From: Lama glama
Taxonomy: Eukaryota
Length of the DNA stretch: 64,000 bases
Assembly: GCA_028534125.1 (NCBI GenBank)
Contig: CM052817.1
Span: forward strand, 66,466,001 to 66,530,000
Reading direction: 5' to 3'
The position numbers were made by a program, and so were the translations under genes. The notes under the pieces were generated by a model. That model did no database searches and was not told where the DNA came from. It saw nothing but the letters and a program-made list of their open reading frames with translations. Position 1 is the first letter of the stretch; every line of letters begins with the position of its first letter. Of the stretch, positions 38,581 to 50,824 are shown one piece after another.

Positions 38581-40049
38581 TTCTGTTAACAGATTACTAG
38601 AAACACTTTTTTAAATTGGAAAGAATTATCAGTTACAAGTAAAACAAGGACTGTAAAAAATTAGAAATTTCAATTTACTAAGATTTCTGGCATCTTGAGA
38701 CGTGGCCTCCAGGAGCCTTTGACCAAACATCTAAAACTGCCTTTTGGCTCTGGCTTACCTTTACATGTTTCATTTTCATTGTCAAAATTCACCCATGAAA
38801 TAAGGCAACCATAAAGCTCTAGTGGATTGATAGTGTGAAATTTTTAGACATTCCAATTTAGGAGAAAAAGTTTTTTAGTGATTCTAATATGTTGCCAATA
38901 AAAATTCTTTTAAAAAATATCAGTGAAACAGGAAGTTATACTTAAATATGTGAGACAGGGATTTATTAGAAACAGTAGAGATTTAATCAATTTTTAAAAT
39001 AAACCATATGGGATTCTTTAACTGAAAAGAAAAAAACTATTTTAATAAATGATGACTGTGTTCTACTTTTCCCATCATCTGTCGGTCATCAAAGATAATA
39101 AGTAGGTGTATATCATAATAGAAAAGATGTGATTAAATTAATTTTCAAGTTTATTTACATGCATGGCACTACATTAGGTGGTTGAATTCAGAGTTATATC
39201 AAGAAAAGATTAATTTTTTATAGTGGACTTTATGGTTTAAGGAAACTTACTGATTTATGTTTATAATAATAGCAAATTAGAAATAAGTGTGGTATGACAC
39301 ATTAATTAAATTGAAACATTTGAATTATGGTTCCTTTGCAAATTCCTACCCTGAGGAGGCCTTTTGTGGGAGCTTCTTTTATGTGAAACCATGTTGTTCT
39401 GCTTTCCCAGTAATACATTGCCTATGTCCAGTAACTGTGCTTCTTCTGTGTGCTGGCCTTTGAGCAGATGTGTCTAGGGAACATGTGGCATAAACTTTAC
39501 TTTTGGCTTTACTGGGTGTTCTTCCTTCTAATGCTTTCTCCTTCAATTTAATTGAGTTATAAAGGGGTTGGGACAGGAGAGGCCATTTTATAAAATAAAA
39601 GTATACCTAAAAAAGAATGTCATAGATAAATCCATAAACTCTTAGATTATAAGTAGGTTACATAAATAGTAGCAATGAATTTCATTACCTAAATCCATTA
39701 CAACTTTCTTTAAATCTTTTGTCCATTTCACTGATCAGAAACTGTAAACCTTATACAAGGTGATTGTTTTTCAACCATTTAAACATCCCATTCAGATCAT
39801 TTCTGATCAATCCTATTGTTGCATAATTGTTTACCAGATTAGAAAGAAAACCTTTCAGTAACACTTGTCTGGTCACATTTATAATCATGTCTGTTACTCA
39901 TAAATATAGGATGATAAAAATGACTCTAGAAAAGCCCAATTAGTTGTTTTCATTTATTTAAACTCTTCCGTTTGGGGAGTATGTAACAATGGACAAATAC
40001 GCTGAGGCTAGAGCAAATCTATTTCACCGAGAAAATTCCACATAGCTCC

Positions 40050-40470
40050 GAATGACAATAACTCATGTGTAGGTATTCTTGTATAACAAGGCTGGAGAGA
40101 TAGCCTGAGCTAGAGGCAATCTGAATGGCCTTTCATGTTTCTGTGGAGTTCGATTTTTAACTGCAAGACACTGTTTTCAAATACCTTTCAAATGTGGATC
40201 AGATATAGCCAGACAAGGGTTTTAGAAGGATTATTGTGACAGTGTGGTATACAGTTAATGGCTACAATGACTGGGCAAGACGATATTGCAATGGTATGGA
40301 AGAGAAATGATGAGGGCCTGAATTAAGGAATTAATGGGGAGATGGATTCTAGCGGATGAATTAGAACGATGCTTAAGGATAAAATAAACACATCTTAAGG
40401 ACGAATTGGACATAAAGACATTTGAGGGACAGTAGGAAGGTGAGGGTTTCTGTCCTTGGCCAGTTTTGTT
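40050..40470 (-). mobile_element. L2 fragment
   Basis: gagaaatgatgagggcctgaattaagg and related antisense L2 motifs. Confidence 0.6.
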
Positions 40471-40540
40471 CTCCCAAAATGTGGCTTAAGACATTTCCTC
40501 TCAGCTCTGTATCTATATTTATATCTATATAATTCTAAGC

Positions 40541-42915
40541 TAGAAGTTCTTAAACATTTTCTTCTCAAGAAACTTTATATTCTTAAGTTTTTGAGAACTC
40601 AAAGAGCTTTTGTTTATGTCAGTTATATTTATTGATTTTTATTATGTCAGAAATTAAAATGTAGAATTAAAATATTAATTCATTTAAAATAATAAATTCA
40701 TTACATGTTACCACAAATAACATATTTCTATGTAAAAGGGCTATATTTTCAAAAACAAAAATTAATTAGTGAGAGAGGCAGCATTGCTTTACATTTTTGT
40801 AAAACTGTAATGTCTGATTTAATAGAAGTCAGTTAGATTCTCATATTGGCTTTGGCAACATGTTGTACGTGAACAAAATTGTCTCACTCTGATATGTAGT
40901 TAGAAAAGAGAAGAGTATTTTTTAATACTACATTCAGACTTGACAAGTGCTAATTTCTTAAAGCTTTGTTGCAATGTAGAATCTAAAAATCTTATCAATG
41001 AACTTTTTGTGATGTGTTAAATTACACTTCTTTGGCCTGTCTTGCACTTTAAATGACTGTTCTACCAGTGCAGGATTCTGTAACATCATACAGTGGTCAC
41101 GTGGAAAATATTGATTCACTTAGATGCAGAACTTCAAAGTATTGACATATTGACATATTTCATTATAAAGCATCCTCGAATCATATTCATTTATATCACT
41201 AATGATCTAATCAGAAAGTATTAAGAATTGAGAAGCTCTCAAGCTCATGGTATGGATACAAGTTTTCTTAAAGTTCTATTTTTTGCTCAAAGTACAAATT
41301 TTCTCACTGCCAACAAATATTGTCGATAAGCTTTCCTTGAAGTTACAGGTTCACTTTATTCACTTTCAAGAAAATGTCTGCTGATAGTCAAGTCTGAATA
41401 ACCTAAACATGGGTTGTCTATTAATTGTTCTTTCAAATATAGCCTGTTTCAAGAGGGGAACAGAGGAGGGAGCCTAATGACTTTCTCAGCAGCAAATCAA
41501 ATAATTGCACAGCTCCTTTTCCTTGAGATAACTACTGAACTTCAACAGGCTGCAGAAGTGCAGTATGCCTTTTGCCACATAGAATATTAAAAAGACATAT
41601 ATGTGGTCTTTCTTTTCTTGCCAGATAGAGTAATTAGGATCGAGTACAGCTAAACAAAATGTACAAAACATATATGAAACAACCATTTTCAGATATTGGA
41701 CATGAGGCCATTCAGGAGCATCATCCCCAAGAGAGGGGAAACTGTAAGGTGGGTCCTGTAATTGCCCCAGCTTATGTCCTGGAGAGTTTCCAGGCCACAG
41801 GAGGGGAAGGAGTAAGCCAGGTTGAGTCACTGGTTTCCCAGAGTTCAGGAGATGGAGGTGGGGGTACAGGCAGGCTGAGGCAACTTGAGTCCACGAGGCA
41901 GAGTACTGAAGTGGAGAGAACTTCATGGAGACGAGCTATGGAGAGCTGCAGGGGATTGCTAGAATCTCCAGCTGAATACAAATCACCACACGCCTGAAAG
42001 AAAACTACTTGAGACTAAAGAGGGAGCAAAAGAACATCTCAGGAGCTCACTCCGAGCTGGGAATAGCTTGTGTTTCCACCAGCAAGAGTGGAAAAACCTT
42101 ATAATCTGAGAAACATCAGGGAGGACACTTAGCGAGGTATTGCCTGGCTAGTGGTGGCAAAATCAGCCCTAAATGAAAGTCTGTTCCAGTCATGCCTAAC
42201 AAAATTTAAAAGCAAGCCTTAAAGAGATCAAACTGTTTTCAAACAACATAGCTTCGTCCCAGAACAAAGCTGTAGTGTAACTATACAGCACCCAAGGAAG
42301 ATAGTTTGTAATGTCCAATAGCAAATCAAAAATTATCCAGCATGCAAGGAAGAAGGCAAATTTCACACATGATCAGTAGAAAACTCAATTATAAAGGACT
42401 TGTATACAGTATATATAGAGAGAGAAATCTCAAAACACAATAAAAAGGTAAAAAATGCAATGACAAAACTGGGTGAAAGATTTAAATAGGCGCTTCGCCA
42501 AAGGAGATATTCAAATTGCAGGTAAACACGTGAAAAGATGCTTGATGCCATCAGTCATAGTGGGACAAACTACACGACTATTTTCCGAAGTGATTATACC
42601 ATTTTATTTTCCCACCAGCAGTGTTGAGAGTTCCAATTGCTCCCCACCCTCACCAACACTTGGTCAGTCTTTTCAATTTCAGCCGTCCTAATGGTTTTGC
42701 AGTGGTATCTTATTGTGTTTTTTTGTATATACAAAATTAACACTTACTTTAAGCACAAGTGTATGGTGGTTAACAGCATAATTTGGTGCCATGACCTTTA
42801 TTAGTCATGCTTAGGCCATGGTTACTTTTCCATTACTTTTGCACCATCATAGTCAGATTACATCATAGTATTATTATGAAAATTGTTTTGACCTCATGGA
42901 CCCTCTGAATCACTA
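40541..42915. mobile_element. Charlie1-like hAT DNA transposon, split (40541 to about 41598, and about 42725 to 42915) by an L1 insertion
   Basis: aaagagcttttgtttatgt..., gatttaatagaag...attctcatat; resumes with tttggtgcca...ttttgcaccatca...tagtattattatgaaaattgttttgacctcatggaccc. Degenerate 8-bp TSD TTCTAAGC / TTCTAGTC. Confidence 0.8.
41600..42722 (+). mobile_element. Rearranged L1 nested in Charlie1: 5'-region piece and ORF2 C-terminal piece (+), followed by an inverted ORF2 piece (about 42565-42722, -)
   Basis: ORF track 42473 KDLNRRFAKGDIQIAGKHVKRC resembles the L1 ORF2 C-terminus. Antisense cccaccagcagtg...ctcaccaacacttgg follows. Confidence 0.7.
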
Positions 42916-45900
42916 TTCTAGTCTGCATTTTTCCCCCTAGACTTCATATTGTTTATGTATGTTCCACCTTCAGATTTGCTTAAACAGTAGTTTCTTCTTT
43001 TTTCACCAAAAAAAAAAAATTAGCCCTATTAAAAGCATCACTGCTACTCCTAGCGCCCGAGCACTATCACAGAGCCCTCTCTTTCTCCCACATGGAATGA
43101 ATTTCTCTGCCCTAGAACTATCTCTACTTGCCCATTCCCCACCACCGTCGACCTGGATCATGCTCTTCCCTTTTACTATCTGCTGCTGGCGGCCTGTCTT
43201 CTCACTCTCTTTCTAAAACTCATGCTTGCTGATGGGGTCTAAATTGCTCACAGAATAAAGTCAAAATGCCTTTGAGTAGCTGACAAGACTGCTCAAAATC
43301 ATTTATTATGTAAAATATTTTAATGAATTAGCAGCATGATTTAAAACACCGACATTGATTGTCCACTAATTTAGACAATAATTAATTCTAACAGTGGATG
43401 TGTAATGATAACAGTACATTTAGGACAAAGGCCAGTAGCACTGTTTTTGTACTTCTAGAATGTATTAAAGTTTGAAAAATTATTAGCTGCCAACTTTTAG
43501 ATTCAAGGATTGAATATCTGCTTTTTTTCTTTCTCTGAGAAACTAATAGTTCATTATAACTTCAGAATTCCAATTAAAGTGATGGATTGTTTGAGAAGTA
43601 TACTCCTCAAAAAGTCTGAATTATAAATGTGGGTTCAGGTATGTGATGCTCTACACAAGGGTTTTATTTTGTCCCAAAGAGCTTCTGTGACTCGCATGAT
43701 TTAATAAAGTAGCTCAAATTATTTCTGAGGCTGCAAGGACTAAGGTTTCAAGGTGTTTTCCTCAATTTATGATACATATTGAAAGTCTCTTTGAAGAAAT
43801 TACTCTTTTTATTTTAATCAATTTATCTTTTTGAATTCTGTTTTTCATTATTTTATTACATTTTATTTTGCTTTCTAAATATCATTTTTTGGGCCATTCT
43901 TATATATAGTGGAGAAAACTCAAACACTACATTGTTAGTGGAAGCGTGTTAGTCTTGGACCCCAGAGTGTAATCACAAGTTGTTTTGCTAATAAGATAGA
44001 TGAAGGCAGTTGGTCAGGTTAGTCGTAGTTGTATTGGGAATGGCATGCTGAACACTGGGTAGCGTTTTACCATACTCACGTTGTAAGTGTAGTGCTCCCA
44101 CCCCAGATTTCTTTGTATCAAAGCTGAGGCGTGCTGTTCCATGTTACTCAGGCATATTATGCTGTTAACTGCATAATAGCTAGCTTACGTCATTCCTTGC
44201 TGCTCAAAAATATTAGATGATTTTCTCTTCATTTTTTCTAAAGCTGGACTTCTTTTTCATGTTTCAGTTCCACATGGGAAATGGTCATCTGCTACATTGA
44301 CAATGCCATTTGAAAGCTTCTCTGAACATTTAACTCTAGTGTTAAAAGGAAGAAACTATGTAAAGAGCCCATGTAAAAACAGACCACTTCTCTGTCTCAT
44401 TGGATAAGATATCTAGCTCTGAAATCTATGTCAACACAGCCAGTATCCTAAAGCCTCTGTAACTCAGGTCCATAGAATCCCATCTTCAGGTGATAAATGA
44501 GCCAACGTCATCAGATTTGGAAGGAAATGTTGCCTATGAGCTCTATTTGACTTCAACACTCCTTACTCTACCCGGTAACCAGCCATTTGGTAGTCTCCAT
44601 AATTAGTTTTCTAGACAGATACTTTGAACTTTATTTTCTTAACACCAGTAACATTTTCTCATTCACAGTTAGGTTTCTGCTGGAAGATAAAACAAGATCG
44701 CATCAAATCAACAAACAGCTTGATGCAAAATGATGCCTTTAACACTGATTTACCAAATGTTTACATTTCACGTAGGAAGTAGAGCAGGAGGCCGCTAATT
44801 TTAATTCTTAATTCTTCACTGAGAAACACAATAGGCACTTTAAATTATATTGAAAAATAAGTAAATGTTTGAAGAGTCAGACATTTTACATTACCACCAT
44901 GTGGAAATTCACTTACACTCATATGTTGAGGATATATAATTTTTCACTTTAAGTCTACATGAGATATTTCAAATTCCTTTTACTCGTGTCTTAATGTTCC
45001 TATATATTGGAAGAATTGATTTTTTCTAAATCCCCATTTACAAATTGTATAATAACAGAGTTGGAATTATATTTGTTCCAGGAACTGTATTTATCCATTA
45101 CATTTTTATGGTTGTAGTATACACTAGGCAATTATGTTTTCCTTCAGAATTGTTATAGGAATGTTGGGGACAGGTGGAAATCAACACAGGGCTTCCTCTT
45201 AAGTTCATCCCATATGTGTATTTTTTTTTTTTGATTCTTAGTAGTATCATGGTGCTATAAAATGTATTTGTAGGAGTGTAAATAATGCTCATCAATCTCT
45301 TTAATAGTTTCCCATATGAAAAAGCCTAGCTTTTATTCAACTTTTCTTTTTTATTCAAGTACCTCCACAGTAATTCTATTTGACTAACGTGGTAATTGAG
45401 AACGTGAATTTTCAAATCTACCTGAATGCCTCTTAACACCCTAACAAATGCTTTATCATTCCCTTTCTCTAGTCTGGAGCTTCTTAAGCAAGGGGGATTT
45501 TCTTAATCATTGTTCAGTTAGTCACAATGACGAGAACTACACAGAATAATTTTTTTATTCAACTAGAGAATCTCTTTGCAACTCATTGAAATTCTTTTAA
45601 AATGTGAGAAAGTGTAGTTTGTATCTAATCTGTAATAGTTTCCTACTCTTTCAAAGCTGTTTAGAGGTTAGGAAAAAGGAGATATACAAAATTTTTCCTG
45701 CTTTCTTAATATTATATAATTTCAAATATTTAATTTTATAGCTTATTTGAGCAACTTTGATTTATGGATAAGAATTTTTAAATCTGAAGAAAAAATTTTT
45801 TTAATTTAAAATTTTTATCTAATTATCGTAAAAATATATGCTCATAAAATGTCTGAATTATACAGAAAATGAAAAAGAAACAGAAAAAAAGAATGTTTCT

Positions 45901-46539
45901 CAGAATGACAATACCTGGAGGCAATCACTGTTAACATTTTGGCATTTTCATTCCAAAGATAAATTCTTATAGTGTAGAATACAGGCTGCTTAAAAGTCGA
46001 GAGAGTATTTGCCAAGTATGTACTTAGAATCATTTAAAACAAAATCATAGTTTATGTTAGAGGAAAAGGAAAGCATATGTGGCAAATATGAGACTGTACT
46101 GCTGAATGAATGTGGGAATACAATTTTTTAAAACTCTGAAATGATAAACCAGAATGTTAAACTTTGTCTTTGGCTCAGGAATGATATGTTAACAACTGTT
46201 CCATGAGAAAATGAAAATCTCACCAAAATCAGTGTCACACTCTGATATGGAACAAATAGTTCAAAGTAACCCAATAAAATATTAATATATGAATCGTAGA
46301 TTTAAATGAGAATGATCATCTCAATTACACAGAATCATGTAAAATATTAGTTTAGGGAGAAGCGAAAAATAAGCTACAAACAGATGGACCATTAGGAAAA
46401 ATCAAAAAAGATACAAATTTATAATGAAGATTTTTTTCGTACTTCTATGAAGAACTATTTTAAAAATCCTCTTTTTATAAATAAATCATAGACTAATTCT
46501 GGAGTTAAAAGTGGTCCCAAATAATATTTTCTCCAACAT

Positions 46540-47000
46540 TGTGATTTGACAGGTGATGTAATTGAGACCCTGAGACAGTGTATGATTTATGCTGGACGTA
46601 GAACATCCAAGTGGGCAGGAGTCTGGGAAAAGCCACGCTGAGTCAGGGTGCTGGCTTCTCCTCTGAATTCTAGTTCTCCAATCACACTAGTACTTGCACG
46701 AGAAAGCATATTACTTCTCTTCTATTTTGTTCATGATTGATCCACTCCCTTATGCCTTACATTTTTAAAATATGTATTTTCTAATATTCAGTGAATTTCT
46801 ATGAGCTATGAATTTCTGTGAATTTTTATGAGTCGAGCTCTGTTATAAGAGCTTTATGCACATTTTAAACTTCAATCCACACAAAAACAGTAGGATCTCG
46901 GTACTAGTACCATTCGGATTTTTAAGTAAAAATACAAATGTGGGAGGGTGGGCAACTAGGAAATGACAGAACTGGAATGTGGGTCAGATACTCCCAGCAA
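46540..47000 (-). mobile_element. Two MIR fragments (about 46540-46690 and 46830-47000)
   Basis: atttgacaggtgatgtaattgagaccctgaga and gctttatgcacatttt...tccacacaaaaac. Confidence 0.5.
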
Positions 47001-48257
47001 CCACATTTTAAATAAATACCCTATTGAACGGTATGGAAAAACTATTTTTGTTTGATTTGTAAAAAATATTTTTAGGGTCCTTTGGGAGTACCAGAGCATT
47101 TTTAACTTCTCAGATGTATACAGACTCTCAAGTCTAATCAGAGTATTCTTAAAATTGTCAAGGATTTTTATATTTAAAAGTTTAAGATGAAAACCTGAGT
47201 GGCAATAATTGGAAAGAGCTTTGTTGAGGATAATGCTGTTACAGGCAGTGAATCCTCTTCCCCATCACCCATACTTTCAGTTGTAGGGAGATTGTGAATT
47301 TACGTAAAACACCTCCACATTCTAGATTTAACAGGAGGGTCACACTTGAACATATTTTACATCTCAGGCTTCGTGCCTTAATTTACATTTGCAAGCTTGC
47401 AATATATTTTATTTGAATGCAATATTATACAGTCTTTCCATTTCAGTTTCTTTCTCCTGCTAAGTGAACGGAAGAAAGTTTTCCTGTCTACAATAGTATA
47501 GCTATACTTAAAAAACATTTTTAAAGTAAATAACTTCTGAATTTTCCATTTGAAACATTTCCTTTTTATCCAACATGCATTCTTTTTTATTTTAGGCATA
47601 TCATATTTCAAAATTGCAACCAAAAATATTATCTACTCTTCCTTATCTACCATCTTTCCTGTAGGTGTACCTCTTTCATTGGGCTTATGTCATTATAGTA
47701 AGATTTGTTCTCATGTTTCCTTGTCAATATTACTTCCCTATTCTTTTGCTTTTTATGATAATATTTTATCATATTAACCTTGATTGAATAACATAAAATG
47801 GCACCCCTTAGTGTCTTCTTCATCAGCATTTTAGTCACACCGAGTTACTCTGATCTTCATGAATGTAGATACTTTTTACATATTAGCCTTTTGATGTCTA
47901 GGATGTATTTTCACACTGTTAATTGAACATTAGAATCAAGCATTTTATCATTTTCCTCCTTTATTATTGCATTTAGATATTAGGGATCTTTTTTTCCCAC
48001 AATCCTCTAATATTTAGATATTGGGAATGGTTTTTCCCTAACTGCCAAAATTCATGTATTCCATGTCTAATATGTTTCCCCACTTCCCATGTTAGTTAGT
48101 ACCATATCTGTATAATTTTTTTTCCTTATTATCCAGCTTCGCATAATTTTCTTTTGAAATAAATGTATTAGCTATAAGGAACAATTACTCCTTTGGAATA
48201 CATGTGTTTTCCTTTGGCTTGGTTCCGTTTTCACTAAATAATGGTTTTAGCCAACTT

Positions 48258-48620
48258 GCATTTATTGAGCCAGGCCTTTGGTATGTGTCAGGCCTTTAGT
48301 AGTTACTTAGAGTTGAGGTAGGAACAATGGTCATCGGTTTCTGCTATCAAGAGCCCACTATCTAGACAGGAAAACAAATAACATATAAATAATATGATCC
48401 ATGTGATACTTTCTAATGAAGTATAGTGTATCCAAAGAGCTATGATCATGGGGAAACTGGGAAAGCTCTTCCACCAGGAGCAACCCCTGATGGGAGTCTT
48501 GAAAATTAATTAGGAGGAAAAATGAGACTAGGCACAGTAGGAAAAGGAAAAGAGCATATGTGAATGAATGAAAGATTGTGGTTATGTTCAGGGACTGGGA
48601 GATTGGAATGGCTCCAGTGA
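48258..48620 (-). mobile_element. L2 3' end
   Basis: catttattgagc...tatgtgtcaggc...ctgctatcaagagcccactatctag. Confidence 0.7.
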
Positions 48621-48796
48621 GAGGAGAGCATTGTCACGCGTGGGTCATTAGGGCTCTTCTTCACTCTTAACAGAAGCAGGTCTGCTGATAAGGCCAACTT
48701 GCTGGAACTTCTTGTGTGTAAGTCTGGGGACTGGCAAGATGTCAGTGGATCAGCCAAGGGTCTGTTACCTCCAGTGGAAAGTATACCTCTGTGGCC

Positions 48797-49010
48797 AGGA
48801 GCCCAGGGTTTGGAGTTGGATACTCGTGGATTTAAGTCCAGCTCTTCCATCTCTGTGACCTATGGCAATTTCTTTAACTTTTTAAAAACTCTATTCTTTA
48901 TCAGTAAGATGAGAAAATAATAGTATACATTTTAGGACAATTGTGAGAATCAAATATGATTATGTATAGAAATCTCTACCCAAGGTACTTAAGACTTAAT
49001 CTGAACTGAA
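48797..49010 (+). mobile_element. MIR SINE
   Basis: tttggagttgga...tccagctcttcca...tgtgacctatggcaatttctttaac. Confidence 0.75.
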
Positions 49011-50069
49011 TACATATTACCTCCTATTTTCACCCCAACCCGAAAAGACTTCATTTAGGGTCTTATCTGTCAACAAAGTGAGTCCCAAGGAAAACTTCCC
49101 TAGGCCTAACTACAGCGTCTTCTCTCATTTAGTATATCTCACTGAATAAAAGGAGGGGGGGAACAAAACTGATTTCTGCCCCAAAGGTATATAGACTCAA
49201 TTTCTATGATTTTTATTCAAGTTGAAAAAAGGTTATGCCTGTATGTAATATTTCTGAAAGAATGAAAGAAAATGAAAGTATCCTTTAAAAGGCTGCTTTT
49301 ATACAGAAGCAGACAATTGCAAAGTCATTTTGTCTAGTCACATGAAAATATGAAACTAAAAACTATAACACATCCTAGAATTATTTACTTCCTATTTAAT
49401 TTGGAAGTTAAAGTAAAATCCCCAGGTACACAGAGTCCTTGGTATTTTATGGAAATAGTCTTAGATACCAGTTTAAGATGTTGATTACTATTTAAAATGT
49501 GTAAAATCCTGCTGGACATTTTTTTAAAAAAAATACCAAAAAAAGTCTGATATTAAAGTTCATGTTTTACTCTTGAAAATTGTAAAGAATTTGAAGATAC
49601 TTGAAGGAAAAAAATCAGAACTGTATCTGCTCCTTCAAATCCAATTTGAACTGAGAAGAATCATCATTACCTATTGACAGTGACCCCACATGTTTGGCAC
49701 TATAAAGAGTCATTTTCTCTGGCGGTGAAAGTCAATCCAATAAGATGCAGACCATCGCTGGGACTTCTTTGTAATATAAAACGTTCTTGTGAGATAATTC
49801 AGTGAGCCAAAAGACTAGTAAACGTATACACTCACACCTAAATTGCCCTTTCTGTGTAAATTAGCCGTCCTAACTGCAACATCAGTTTAATGTCACATGG
49901 AGTATAATTTTATGTTACCATAAGAATTAATGCCTTAGACATTTTCTCTGGCGTTTTGGGCCATATGTTGTTTTTAACAGCTCTGAAAATGGTGTGTCTT
50001 TGATTCTTTCAGATCATTCCTGTGATAAATTGACTGTCATATGCAGGGACTTAACTGTGGGTGGAGAAA

Positions 50070-50540
50070 CAGTCTAGTGCGGTGATTATGGGTCTTTGAA
50101 GTCTGACTAGCTAGTTCCTCTCTGACTTCAGCAATAACTAGCTGTGTGACCTTGGGAGAATTCATTCTTTGCTTAGACCCTTATTTTCCTCGTTTAAAAC
50201 ATCACGTCCCTCCCTATCTCCCTGAACTCTCCACCGGCCTTCCTAGCTTTAATTATCTTCCTAGCACTTGCCAGCATCTGCTCCGCTCCGTATTTTACAC
50301 CTGTATTATTTGCCTCCCCAACTTTAGCTTGCAAGTCCTGGGAAGGAAGGCTCCTCTGGTACATACTGGGTACCTCAGTTCAAAGAATCACTGAGTTAAT
50401 CTATAAAATGAAGATAATATTAGCATCTACCTCATGGAACTGTGAACGTCACAAAACATTAATTTTGTGCTAATATATGCAAAGCACTAAGAACAGTACT
50501 TAGCACATAGTAAATGTTCAGCAGTTTTTAGCTGTTATTA
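50070..50540 (+). mobile_element. MIR interrupted by an L2 3' fragment (about 50200-50399)
   Basis: MIR core actagctgtgtgaccttggg...ttcctc, then L2-like tagcacttgcca...gcctcccca...gcaagtcctgggaagg, then MIR resumes ctataaaatgaagataata...gcacatagtaaatgttca. Confidence 0.7.
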
Positions 50541-50694
50541 ATTAATCTTCCTAAGAAAGTTTGTTAGTAAAAATCATGGGTATTCATTTTAGAACAAACC
50601 TCTATTTAAAATTCTTTTCCTTTTAGCCAGTGAATTGACTGTAGCTTCTCGTTGATTTGCTAAGCTAGAAGACATCATCACTAAAAACATTCCA

Positions 50695-50824
50695 AAGGGG
50701 GTGGGTATAGGCTAATGGAGTGTGTTCTTTGCATGCAGAGGTCCTGGGTTCAATTCCTGGTCTCTCCATTACAAATAAACAAATAAACCTAATGACCTCT
50801 CCCCACAAACAAACAAACAAAATG
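50695..50824 (+). mobile_element. tRNA-derived SINE (camelid Vic-1-like)
   Basis: ggggtgggtataggctaatggagtg...gaggtcctgggttcaattcctgg (B box), A-rich tail, perfect 13-bp TSD TAAAAACATTCCA at 50682-50694 and 50825-50837. Confidence 0.9.

Noticed and set aside
41486..41997. Overlapping 146-aa and 112-aa ORFs
   Set aside because: They lie in decayed L1 5'-region sequence, with no recognisable domain.
46791..46832. Short tandem TGAATTTCT-like repeats
   Set aside because: Three degenerate units without unique spacers, consistent with ordinary local duplication.
50697..50770. tRNA gene
   Set aside because: The A/B-box-like head is followed by an A-rich tail and TSD, so it is a SINE. No full cloverleaf is evident.
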